A stretch of 56,744 bases of DNA from Macrostomum lignano (GCA_002269645.1 NIVC01002692.1:1-56744), one strand, 5' to 3'. Shown: positions 12,519-23,833, numbered from the stretch's first letter. The notes: generated from the letters alone by a model not told the origin. Translations and numbers: made by a program.

Positions 12519-13853
12519 TCAATTCGAAGCATCTGCAGCAGCGGCCGCCGCCGCCGCCGCTTCCTGCCGCATCTCGTCGGCGAGAAGCTGCTGCTCCCAG
12601 CTGCCACCGCCTCCGCCGCCAGCGTCGCCGCCGACGCCGGCCCCGACGCCGTCCAGATCGTCGTCGATGAAGCCGCCGTCTTCCGGCACCGCCGGGGTGG
12701 CGCCTTCGACTTCGCCAGGCATCGCTCCGACATCTCCGACATCGCCGCCGCCGCGACCGCCACCGGCGCGACGATTTCGACGAGACTTTCGGCGACGACC
12801 TCCGCCGCCGCCGCCTCTATCGGGGTCGGCATTCCGGCAGCGATCGTTTCGAATTGTGACGCTAAATGCGCCGGTTGCAGTCGGCAACGGCTCAATGTGG
12901 CGCTCAACTTGGTCTGCGGTATTAATTAGTGGAGGTGAACTCTTGGTGAGCATCACGTGATCACATTCAACCTTTCAATTAGGGGGGAGGGGGGTAGCCC
13001 AGTGGTCCAGCGCGGCGCTCTGATGTGCCAGCGGCCCAGGCTCGATTCCAGGTGCAGTCACATTAATTTGGGGCTAAATTGAAATCTCGGCTTGGCTCTG
13101 CTCATGCAATTAACGGCCTTGAGAGCCAACACCCCAAGGCGCAGTGAAGTGTACATGCCTAACGATAAAATAAAGTTAGGGCCGCTGTACACTCCTGTGT
13201 GAGTGTGTGCCTGCGTACGTATCCGCGCGCTTATATGCCTGCTCAGGGGAGTCGGCGGAATGGGCAGTAATGCCTCTCGCCGGTTGTGTGACATTATGAC
13301 AATGTCGCTTAAAGTGCGCCAGGGTGCACACAACCCCCCTGCCTCTAATCTAAAAAACCCACTCAATTAGATCACCATATCTACCGCAGTATAAAATCAA
13401 ATATCCGCGCTCACATTCGTGCTCAAACTCCTCAGCATATTGCTGCTGCTGACGGTTCCTTCCCCTACGTCGGCCGCCGCTGCCGCCTCTGCCGTTAGCG
13501 GCCGGGCCATTGGGGCCAGCTCGGTCATCAGCAACAACCGGATTCTGCCACTCCTGTTCGGGCCGGTGGCTGCCAGCACTGGCACCGCCGTATGGATAGC
13601 CAAAACAGTACGGACGTCTAGCGGGGAACCCTGCATTGCCACAGTTTGGCTGTTGCTGTCTCTGCTGCTGCTGCAGATGCAGCTGCCGTTCTAGCCTGAG
13701 TCTTTCCCGCTCAATATCTTCTTCAGATATGCTTTGCTGCTGCAGAGGATCAGGACTATTTGACCACTGTGCGCCGCAGCCTCCCGCGCTGCCACCGCCA
13801 CGAGGTTCACCGCGTCGGAGACGTGAATTGACAAAGGTTGTTGGTCTGTGCAT
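12519..13853 (-). CDS. Putative two-exon Gly/Gln/Arg-rich low-complexity protein of unknown function
   Basis: Two GC-rich open blocks (13350..13853 and 12519..12956) in AT-rich surroundings. I could not establish phase-compatible splice sites or recognise any domain. Confidence 0.4.
12988..13355 (+). mobile_element. Possible tRNA-derived SINE
   Basis: Head ggggtagcccagtggtccagcgcgg...ggctcgattccaggtgcagtca has A-box (TAGCCCAGTGG) and B-box (GGCTCGATTCC) like motifs at tRNA spacing. Ends in ctctaatctaaaaaa. Confidence 0.45.
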
Positions 13854-14803
13854 TGTTGCCAGGGCCTTAGGCTGGCTTCATTAATGGAATTATGAAATGA
13901 AAATTTGATTATATGTTTTGAGACAAATTGTGCTGTGAATTTTCAGATAAGGACTCATAAAGCCTCATTATTATTATTATTGCTAATAGGGAGGACCTAC
14001 AATGCTTCAAGCTGCTGTAATAGGCCTAAAACAATGTTGCATTGCCAATGTTGCCTCTTGGTAAAGACAAAGGTAGGCCCTAAACTCTATACCACAGAAA
14101 GCTAGAAAGCTTGATATCAGGTCAGGGACATAGGGGTAATGCATTCATGCTTTTAATATCTAAGTTAATTTTAAGAAACCTACATTAGCTACATAACATT
14201 AACTAACAACAGTGACTTACAATACAAGGCTTCTGCACTTTTATAAGAATACAAGGCTTTCATAAAGCTGAAACTAGCACCATCCATTTCGTAGAATTGT
14301 TACAAAGCTTAACAAAACTCATTTATCTTTTATTTTTTCTAGGCCTGTAATTAAAAACTGTTCATTTGATTTGAAGGATTTAAGAATGTCACTTCAAATA
14401 GAATTCTTTTCTGTTAAACACTTTAAGCTATGGATTAACCAATAATTAGTGATCAGTTGTGTACCACATGAGCACATAGACAAAAAGATAGATAGTTTTA
14501 AATTATTCAAGAATATGTAGGTACTAAGCTCTAACAAGGACTAATAGACTTTTACTAACTAGTGGTCCTTAATGCATAGGTGTGGTGGTAGCTACCTAGG
14601 CAGTCCTATACAATTATATATATGCTGTTAGGTGGCAGTGGAATAAGTGGGTAGATGAAATAATAATACCTATATAAGTCCCCACATGCCACACCATTTA
14701 GTATTTATGTAGGCTATTTTATTGATGCCTCACATAGAGTCCCTTAGATTGGCCATGTCAACAGATTGACCTATACCCTTGTTTTGCATAGATGTACATG
14801 TAT

Positions 14804-15095
14804 CATACATGCGCAACCTCGAAAATTCGGTCGGCCGTGCGACTTAGTTTTAACAAAAATGCGACAGTTTTTGGCCAAAACTGCGACTTACATGTAAAAA
14901 CCCTAAAGCAAAATTATCGCAACTTTGGGTAAACGGCAGGAGTAACTATGACTGTCTTACTAAGCCAGAATGCCTCGTCAGCTACTTAGTACAACCACTT
15001 GGGTATTTTTGGGTGGGCATTTTTGTGACTTCTTTGGTTGGCCGCCAAATTGGTCGGCCGGATCGGCCGACTCGGCCAACTGTTGCGCATGTATG
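14804..15095. mobile_element. hAT-like MITE (292 bp), perfect 14-bp TIR, 8-bp TSD ACATGTAT
   Basis: CATACATGCGCAAC...GTTGCGCATGTATG; acatgtat at 14796-14803 and 15096-15103. Confidence 0.88.
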
Positions 15096-16014
15096 ACATG
15101 TATCAACACAATAAATTGGCCTGGAGGGTTGATTGTGTGATTAATTCACACCCATGAGAACCAAACCCCAATGCACATAGTGAACAATAATGTCTGAAGA
15201 TGCCTCTCTCAGAAAAAACTTGCTAGTTTGCTAGCAATTCACTGGTGATTTGGTCATTTCATCTGCTAGCAATTTGCCAGCGAATTGCCGCCTTCTATTT
15301 GCCAGCATTTCACTGGCATTTTGCAGGTGTTTTGCTAGCATTTTAGCTAATGTCTTGATGCATATTTGCAAGGAGTTGACTATTTAAAAAATGATTTTAT
15401 AAGTTGTTATGATACTGTGGTAGTACTAGAAAGATTCTAATGCTAGGTTTAGAGTCAATTATTTACTAAATATAAAAAAGATATGAACATGAATAAATTA
15501 TTGAATATAATATTTTTGTTTATAGTGAAGTTTTTTCATAGTCTCATAGCAGCTAGACAATGGAAAGATGAGCTTAAGCATTATAATACATTTTGATTAT
15601 TTGTATTTGCCCATTTTAAATAATTTAAACATTGCAAACAAGCAACAGTAGGAAATATCAAGACATAAAATACAGTTCTGGCTATTATAAGCCTATTAAT
15701 ATAGCTAGATAACCTGCTGCTAGAACACAAGCAAGCTGACTGATAGTTAGGTTGCCTGCCACCAGAACACTGTCAAGGTCAAGCAGACTGACAGAAAGCT
15801 AGATTGCTGGCTGCCAGAGCACTATTGCCTGGCATAGAATAGACTGACAGCTGGGTTGGTAATTTGGTTGCTACCAAAGCACTATTGACTAGAATTGAGT
15901 AGATTAACAGCTTGGTTTCCTGCTATGAGCACTAGGCCTATCAAGCAACTTATGGCATAGCTGTTGTGACAATGTTAAACATATACTTCAATAAATCTTT
16001 AACCATTTTCTTTA

Positions 16015-16190
16015 CATGCTTAGGCGCAACCTTGGGATTCACCTGGCCAGTTCTATTGGCAACACACACATGTAAGTCACTTTTGGACGGAATAGTAGTC
16101 ATATGACTGTTCTCAGCATAAAAGTGAAGCCTTATATTTGTGTGTTGCCAATAGAAATGGCCAACTGATTTCCAAGGTTGCACATGTATG
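16015..16190. mobile_element. hAT-like MITE (176 bp), inverted relative of the 10089 copy, 8-bp TSD TTTCTTTA
   Basis: Ends CATGCTTAGGCGCAAC...GTTGCACATGTATG; tttcttta at 16007-16014 and 16191-16198. Confidence 0.85.
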
Positions 16191-16430
16191 TTTCTTTAGA
16201 TATATGATAATGATATATAATTTGTAGACTCATTTTTAAGCTGAAAAGAATCAAAATTGTATATTTGTAGATGGCTTATCAATATATAGAGCAAAACAAC
16301 AAAAAAACTTATATTATAAAGTATAAAAAATAGTTACATCAATATAACTTTTATATTAAATCATTGAAAAAATCTTATAGGGCCTACACAGAGACAGTTT
16401 AACATAGGCCCTATTGTTGTGGCATAGGCC

Positions 16431-16850
16431 TAGTTCTAGTTTACTTTGTTATATTATTTCATAATTCTACTTTACTTTGTTATATTAATTTCATGTATTT
16501 TCTTGCATCTGTACTCTTACTACAACCCTTTCAGCTATAGGGCCTACTTCGTCTATACTTTATAAATCCGGCTGACCCAACAGTGCACACAAACCATATA
16601 GAGGGGACGTGGGCCCTCGTCAAGAGGCGCCTGCACGCCATGCACAAAACAAGCGACACGCTTTTTGAGGCCCATCTTGAGGAAAACATCTGGCGCCGCA
16701 TGTACCATAACAACCCTTTCGACACCATGCTGTACTGGGCCTCTGTTTATTATCCTGTTTAGGACTTGACTTGACCTTGAACCTGAAATTGAAATTGGGT
16801 AAAATAATTTAACGAAAAGCAAAATAATATAACAAAGTAAACTAGAACTA
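16431..16850. mobile_element. Putative TIR-bounded non-autonomous element (about 420 bp)
   Basis: 29-bp inverted repeat tagttctagtttactttgttatattattt (16431-16459 / 16822-16850). No clean TSD. Confidence 0.5.
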
Positions 16851-17172
16851 TGCCCCTATGCCCTATTGTATTTAGGGTTTTGGGTTAACTATACAAGCCT
16901 AATCTAAATTTAAATAATTAATAATACTTTTCAATATGCATGCTATTATTATTAATATTACTAAAAAATAAATAGGCTAAAATGCTTACAATGAAACATA
17001 CATCTTGGCTTGGCTAGGCCTAGGCCTAGCTTAATTTAATAAAGCCTATTATACTAGCATAACCATAGTTAGGAAATAAATTGAAGATATAACATTAAAA
17101 TAAAAATAATAAATAGGCCTATTAAATAAACAGAACATAGGCCTATCTATAAAGAAGATACCAAGCAAAGAG

Positions 17173-17472
17173 GGTAATGGCTAGAGTTCCAGCACCGGAA
17201 CCTGTTTTCTAATGGCTATGGATCCGGCAGTCTTCTGCAGGCAGTTATCTACTAATGAAGTCTTTGAACATTAGAAGTATCTTGTTTTGAATCTCATCGT
17301 TTTGTTTTGATCTTATCTTGAGCAAAATCCCAATATATCAACAACCCGTTAAAAAAGTAAAATGTTTCTGCTATATTATACCCATAAATTGCACTACTGG
17401 AATACCACTGCCGGATGGCGGATCCATAGCCGTTGGAAAATGGGTTCCGGTGCCGGAACTCTAGCCATTGCC
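17173..17472. mobile_element. Mutator/MULE-like MITE (300 bp), 9-bp TSD AGCAAAGAG
   Basis: About 60-bp imperfect TIRs starting GG(T/C)AATGGCTAGAGTTCC; agcaaagag at 17164-17172 and 17473-17481. Confidence 0.85.
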
Positions 17473-18806
17473 AGCAAAGAGTCAAAGAACAACTAAGCCG
17501 CACTGCAAGCGCGCAATCTGCAGCTCGCTGTGAGGTAATTATGTTTTGAAAACATGTGTGGTAGGATGAGCTTCCCACTGACTTTTTGGAATTTTAATCT
17601 TCGTTCAGTTTCGGGTCGTTAATTTTTTTCCGTTGTCCCGGGTCTGGCCCTTCTCCGTCCACCTTATGGTGCTGCCCTACGTCACCCTTCCGTCATCTCC
17701 CGCTCCCTGGTTCTGGCCCTGCATGGGTTCCCCGGTTCTGGCCATTGTGCCCCTTTTTTGAACTTGTGTTTTTTGCCCATCTTCCCAGTGTTAATTTACT
17801 CTTGTTCATATTTATGATCTCAAGGTCCAGTTAAATTACTAAAGTTTCTTTTTCTGTTCAATCAACGCCATGAAATGTTCCGTTAACTACTATAAATATT
17901 ACGCTGTGAGGACGTTAAATCGTGACCGTGTTTGTTCCTTATCCGTCTTTTTCTCCTTTACCGTGTTGGTTCCTTATCCATCTTTATCTCCTTTCCGTGT
18001 TTAGTTTAACCTTTGACGCATAGTAAATTCTCTCATTTGCATAGTTGATAATTTGTAGTCGCCCTCGCGGCACCATCGAATCATAACTCGTCGCATATTA
18101 ATAATATTAATAATAATTTAGCTAGTTTCATTTATTCATTTTAAAATACAGTGAACCAATTAATTTTCGTTGCTTCATTAATCAAGACCATAGTTTTCTT
18201 GAGTCATTTGCCCGTGGGGCGTAAAATCTCATCTCGAAGTCTCATCTCGAAGCAAGCTCTGAGACTTTTCAACGTTCCGTAATACGCAAATTACGGTGGT
18301 GGCAGCGCTACTCTACTGTTAGTAACAAATCAAACATACGAAGTGCGTTGAATCTACGGTGTCTAAGGACCCGCCATCTGAACGCTCGCGCCAACTGAAG
18401 ACCGCTCGCCTACGATTAAACTACCCTCCCCCCAGAATTGAGGACCCCGGCAGACGGAGTATCTACGAGTTGTCTCTATCGGGATTCGTCCACGCAAATT
18501 TTCCGGATTTAATTCGTGCGAAATAACGACGGCGCCCATTCGAAGGCCTGAGCCGCTCAAATTCGACATTGGATCAAGTGAACACCTGACAATCCCCGAC
18601 CACAACCAAGTCATAAACCGCCCCCACCTCACATGCAGTCAGGTCATTTTTTCTTTGCAGCTATAACAAAGTGTACGTAAAGGAATATTTTTATGCCCTT
18701 GCTGTAAATTACAAAAGAAAAAGTTTTTGTTTATGTTTTTTTAAAAGTATAGCATTATTATCTACATATTGATTTTACCTTTCGATAAAATTTTTAAAAA
18801 TGGTGC

Positions 18807-20388
18807 AGGAGGTCAGGAGTGAGGCTAGTCAGAGGTCAGGAGTGAGGCTAGTTAGAGGTCAGGAGTGAGGCTAATCTGAGGTCAGGAGTGAGGCTAGTCT
18901 GAGGTCAGGAGTGAGGCTAGTTAGAGGTCAGGAGTGAGGCTAATCTGAGGTCAGGAGTGAGGCTAGTCTGAGGTCAGGAGTGAGGCTAGTCTGAGGTCAG
19001 GAGTGAGGCTAATCTGAGGTCAGGAGTGAGGCTAGTCTGAGGTCAGGAAGTGAGGCTAGTCAGAGGTCAGGGGTGAGGCTATAGTCTGAGGTCAGGAGTG
19101 AGGCTAGTCAGAGGTCAGGAGTGAGGCTAGTCAGAGGTCAGGGGTGAGGCTATAGTCTGAGGTCAGGAGTGAGGCTAGTTAGAGGTCAGGAGTGAGGCTA
19201 ATCTGAGGTCAGGAGTGAGGCTAGTCTGAGGTCAGGAGTGAGGCTAGTCTGAGGTCAGGAGTGAGGCTAATCTGAGGTCAGGAGTGAGGCTAGTCTGAGG
19301 TCAGGAAGTGAGGCTAGTCAGAGGTCAGGGGTGAGGCTATAGTCTGAGGTCAGGAGTGAGGCTAGTCAGAGGTCAGGGGTGAGGCTAGTCAGAGGTCAGG
19401 GGTGAGGCTATAGTCTGAGGTCAGGAGTGAGGCTAGTCAGAGGTCAGGAGTGAGGCTAGTCAGAGATCAGGAGTGAGTCTAGTCAGAGGTCAGGAGTGAG
19501 GCTAGTCAGAGGTCAGGAGTGAGGCTAGTCAGAGGTCAGGAGTGAGTCTAGTCAGAGGTCAGGAGTGAGGCTAGTCAGAGGTCAGGAGTGAGTCTAGTCA
19601 GAGGTCAGGAGTGAGGCTAGTCAGAGGTCAGGAGTGAGGCTAGTCAGAGGTCAGGAGTGAGGCTAGTCAGAGGTCAGGAGTGAGTCTAGTCAGAGGTCAG
19701 GAGTGAGGCTAGTCAGAGGTCAGGAGTGAGGCTAGTCAGAGGTCAGGAGTGAGGCTAGTCAGAGGTCAGGAGTGAGTCTAGTCAGAGGTCAGGAGTGAGG
19801 CTAGTCAGAGGTCAGGAGTGAGGCTAGTCTGAGGTCAGGAGTGAGGCTAGTCAGAGGTCAGGAGTGAGGCTAGTCAGAGGTCAGGAGTGAGGCTAGTCAG
19901 AGGTCAGGAGTGAGGCTAGTCAGAGGTCAGGAGTGAGACTAGTCAGAGGTCAGGAGTGAGGCTAGTCAGAGGTCAGGAGTGAGGCTAGTCAGAGGTCAGG
20001 AGTGAGTCTAGTCAGAGGTCAGGAGTGAGGCTAGTCAGAGGTCAGGAGTGAGGCTAGTCAGAGGTCAGGAGTGAGGCTAGTCAGAGGTCAGGAGTGAGAC
20101 TAGTCAGAGGTCAGGAGTGAGGCTAGTCAGAGGTCAGGAGTGAGGCTAGTCAGAGGTCAGGAGTGAGGCTAGTCAGAGGTCAGGAGTGAGGCTAGTCAGA
20201 GGTCAGGAGTGAGGCTAGTCAGAGGTCAGGAGTGAGGCTAGTCAGAGGTCAGGAGTGAGGCTAGTCAGAGGTCAGGAGTGAGGCTAATCAGAGGTCAGGA
20301 GTGAGGCTAGTCAGAGGTCAGGAGTGAGGCTAGTCAGAGGTCAGGAGTGAGGCTAGTCAGAGGTCAGGAGTGAGGCCAGGCTATACTA
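18807..20388. repeat. 23-bp minisatellite (about 68 copies)
   Basis: Unit gaggtcaggagtgaggctagtca. Confidence 0.97.
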
Positions 20389-21549
20389 GCTGAGAGAGCA
20401 AGAGATTGCACTGCGCACCTACTGCAAGAGCCAAGAGGGAAACTATTGATTTACCTCCTCCCCGATGAGAACCAATGAGCTCACAGATTAAAAGTTGACC
20501 AAGCAACAAGGAATGATGGTGTACATTCTGCAGCACTTGTTGCGATGGAAATTTTCCTGATCCTGTACCCGCGGTCCGACAACCCCCAACCAAAAATTGT
20601 ATGGCAACGAAAAAACTTATAAAACCGGTAACAAGATAACAGAATATATAATTTCCGTTATCCAAAGTCATAACTGAAGCTGACAATTTTCAAGCCCAGA
20701 CATGCTTCCTGTCGAACGCTTGCTGTTCGTCTTCTTGGCGAGCATCCTGGTGGTAGTGACGCTGTTGTTCTACCAAGCCACCGCATCCAGCTCAGGCCAA
20801 AATGAACGCTACTACACTCAGGTGGGCACCGCTGGCGGCAACAGTTTCCCCCCAGCATTCAAAGTGCTCGAAGGCAGCAGCATTCGTTGCTCGATCTGGT
20901 GCTGGCAGACGCCGAGATGCCTCGGTTTCTACTGGACGGTGAGCTCGATGCTGTGCCAGCTGTTTAACGCTTCGGTCTACTACTGGAAACCGTCGTGGGG
21001 TGCCATTGCGGACCAGCAGAGCGAGTTCTACATGTACAACGCCAGTGAGTATTTCTTGTTCATAGATAGCGCGTGCGGATGTTCATAGATAGCGCGTGCG
21101 GACTAGCTGTACCTATGGGAGCTGAGAAATGAAGATGATTTCGCCTCCAGTTTAGGGAGTTCGGCCTTTGACTATTAACAAAATGACTTACAGAAGAAGT
21201 TCATTTTTAACAAGATATTCTCTGTTTAAGGCTACAACTGTATAACAGAATCTTCCGCGGCATCAATTGAAGACTTGTGTCTGGTAATTAGAAGCCGTCT
21301 CCGGTTGAAACGCCTGCTTCATGTGACGGGGGATGCCGCTTCTTCCTCAACAATTATTTCTAGGACTCGTTTTTAGGAAAATTCGATGTTACTTAAATTA
21401 GATTTACAGTAAACCTCATTTCGCGCGTCTCATTTCAGCTCCTCAGAGGCTGCATTTCTTCAACTGCAGCCAGATTTCAGCGGCCTATAGTGCCTTTTGC
21501 ACACGAGCCATGGACAACAACACGAATACGCATTTTTTTGATGGAGGTT

Positions 21550-21678
21550 AGTAGTATGGGATAACAGAACTCTGCCGCAGGAATTTCCGTGGAAAAGCCA
21601 TGGGCCCTAGTGAGTGAACATACGGCCCTATGTAAATCCATTGAGCGACTCTGCCGCAGGGCAGGCCATGGAAATTCC
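21550..21678 (+). repeat. Polinton left terminal inverted repeat (129 bp)
   Basis: Reverse complement of 37555..37683 with 5 mismatches by my count. Confidence 0.95.
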
Positions 21679-22299
21679 GTGAGACCTCCTAGTGAGAGTA
21701 CATTGGTGCAAGTATTTGCGAATGGGGTGGGGCTCCGCGGGAATTCCGTTAACCGCAATGAATGAGTATTGGCAAATGCGTGTTCTGCTACGACGGACAC
21801 AGGCGGTTCGGTTCATAAAACCAGGCAATGCTTTGCTTCTGAATGACATTTAATATTCCATCGGGTATCGTAAAAGGAGGAGGGGCGTGTCTTTATTTCA
21901 ATGATTACAATAAAATCAATTTGCAATTCATGTCTAAAATTTGAGCTACCAACTGTTGAAAAATCACTTGATTTTGGAATTTAAGGATTTTGGAATTTTG
22001 GAATTAATTGAAACTTTTGCCTATTAATTAGGCAAAAGTTTCAATAACAAGATGCTGCTTTAATAAGATTATAATAGCCAAGCATCTCCCCCTTTCTTGG
22101 GGTGGTGGGTGTGTTGCTAAATGGAATTGGACGCTCAATAATTATCAGTTTTATTGCTCCCCAGTCTGGTCGGGAGTTCCAGTTGGCGGCAAGTGCAAAG
22201 GAACTTTTGTACATGTATGCTTTCAATAGAGGCTCTGTATCTGGGTTTTCTAATAAAATTATTTTAAAAAACCGGTTTCTGAGACGGCTGGGTTACTGA

Positions 22300-22393
22300 C
22301 TGTAAACATAGCTAAGCTGTAAACATAGCTAAGCTGTAAACATAGCGGCTATGTTTTTATTAACACAGATTCGAATAAGCGAGGTATATAAGA
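22300..22393 (+). promoter_or_regulatory. Putative promoter of the left Polinton ORF: 3x 17-bp repeat containing TGTAAACA, then TATATAAGA
   Basis: ctgtaaacatagctaag at 22300, 22317 and 22334 (partial); TATATAAGA at 22385-22393, about 100 bp before ATG 22487. Confidence 0.6.
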
Positions 22394-22486
22394 CACCGTA
22401 TACTTGAATACGGGACATAAGTTTCTACTTCTAATTTGAATTTAACTTCAATTTGATTTTTCTATTCAAACATTAAAAAATTTGGA

Positions 22487-23833
22487 ATGAATAAATCGCG
22501 CTGCCCTTCATATGTGTACGAGGTATGCATTTCCTGCAACTCATGTGAGCTCGGTGGCTTAAAACGTCACAAAATGAAAAGCAGCTGCAATGTCAGTCGC
22601 TGGCTGCTTTGCCACGAGTGCCAGACGCGTGAGCTCTTTAATGTGCGCCAGCAAGTTCGAGCTCACAAAAACCACATTATTATTAACTGGAGCTCACCTG
22701 GAGATTTAAAACGAGCCCGCTTTGCTGCCTTGGAGGCTGCCCAGCGTCAAGAGCAGCTCAACATTATCGAGCGCAGTCGAGCACCGGTCAGCGCACTCAG
22801 CCAGACAATTCAGGGCGTCTTTCAGCAGCCTGATGAAGATTTTCAGCACGCTACCGATGCAAACTTTGATCTGCTTGCCGCTGCACTTGCCGCTGTGGAG
22901 CAGCAATCAGATTTTTTTGGTTCAACCGCTGCGCCAGCTGCTGATGCCGGCCTCCCAGCTGACGGTGCCGGCCTTCCAACTACTGATGCCGGCCTCCCAG
23001 CTGACGGTGCCGGCCTTCCAACTACTGATGCCGGCCTCCCAGCTGACGGTGCCGGCCTTCCAACTACTGATGCCGGCCTCCCAGCTGACGGTGCCGGCCT
23101 TCCAACTACTGATGCCGGCCTCCCAGCTGACGGTGCCGGCCTTCCAACTACTGATGCCGGCCTCCCAGCTGACGGTGCCGGCCTTCCAACTACTGATGCT
23201 GGCCTCCCAGCTGACGGTGCCGGCCTTCCAACTACTGATGCTGGCCTCCCAGCTGACGGTGCCGGCCTTCCAACTACTGATGCCGGCCTCCCAGCTGACG
23301 GTGCCGGCCTTCCAACTACTGATGCTGGCCTCCCAGCTGACGGTGCCGGCCTTCCAACTACTGATGCCGGCCTCCCAGCTGACGGTGCCGGCCTTCCAAC
23401 TACTGATGCCGGCCTCCCAGCTGACAGTGCCGGCCTTCCAACTGCTGATGCCGGCCTCCCAGCTGACGATTCCACTGGTTTTGCAGCTCCTTCGGAGTTG
23501 GATACTGCCTTCTTCGAGGATGTCGATTTGGAGCCTGTTGAGCTGGCAAATGAAGAAGCTGAGCAGCAACAGATGCCACCCTACAGGCCTGTTCCAGTCG
23601 CAGGAAAAAATATGGAGCAAGCCAGAATGATGGCAGAAGCAAGCCTATCCGATCTCCTGCGAGAATTCGAACCTCCTACTCCACCGGCTGCACCAGAAAT
23701 CCAAACCGGTGACATCCCAGTCGTAGAAGCCATGCCACCGATGCCACCGTCAGTCTGCATTCAGCTGGTACTACCGAGCAGAGTCGAGGGCGAGTATTTT
23801 ATTGACCTTGGGGAGGAACTCGCATTCGCTTAA
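22487..23833 (+). CDS. Polinton 448-aa protein: Cys/His-rich N-terminus with LxCxE (LLCHE), about 12.5 x 14-aa repeat, acidic/Pro-rich C-terminus
   Basis: Long ORF inside the TIRs, downstream of a TATA box; 42-bp coding repeat TTDAGLPADGAGLP at about 22935..23470. Confidence 0.75.
   Translation: MNKSRCPSYVYEVCISCNSCELGGLKRHKMKSSCNVSRWLLCHECQTRELFNVRQQVRAHKNHIIINWSSPGDLKRARFAALEAAQRQEQLNIIERSRAPVSALSQTIQGVFQQPDEDFQHATDANFDLLAAALAAVEQQSDFFGSTAAPAADAGLPADGAGLPTTDAGLPADGAGLPTTDAGLPADGAGLPTTDAGLPADGAGLPTTDAGLPADGAGLPTTDAGLPADGAGLPTTDAGLPADGAGLPTTDAGLPADGAGLPTTDAGLPADGAGLPTTDAGLPADGAGLPTTDAGLPADGAGLPTTDAGLPADSAGLPTADAGLPADDSTGFAAPSELDTAFFEDVDLEPVELANEEAEQQQMPPYRPVPVAGKNMEQARMMAEASLSDLLREFEPPTPPAAPEIQTGDIPVVEAMPPMPPSVCIQLVLPSRVEGEYFIDLGEELAFA

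Noticed and set aside
13419-13694. Plus-strand 91-aa ORF resembling a signal-peptide protein
   Set aside because: Hydrophobicity is explained as antisense of CAG/GC-rich codons of the minus-strand block; no independent support
18280-18640. GC-richer island with a minus ORF (18363..18632)
   Set aside because: No recognisable motif, termini or second copy in the window
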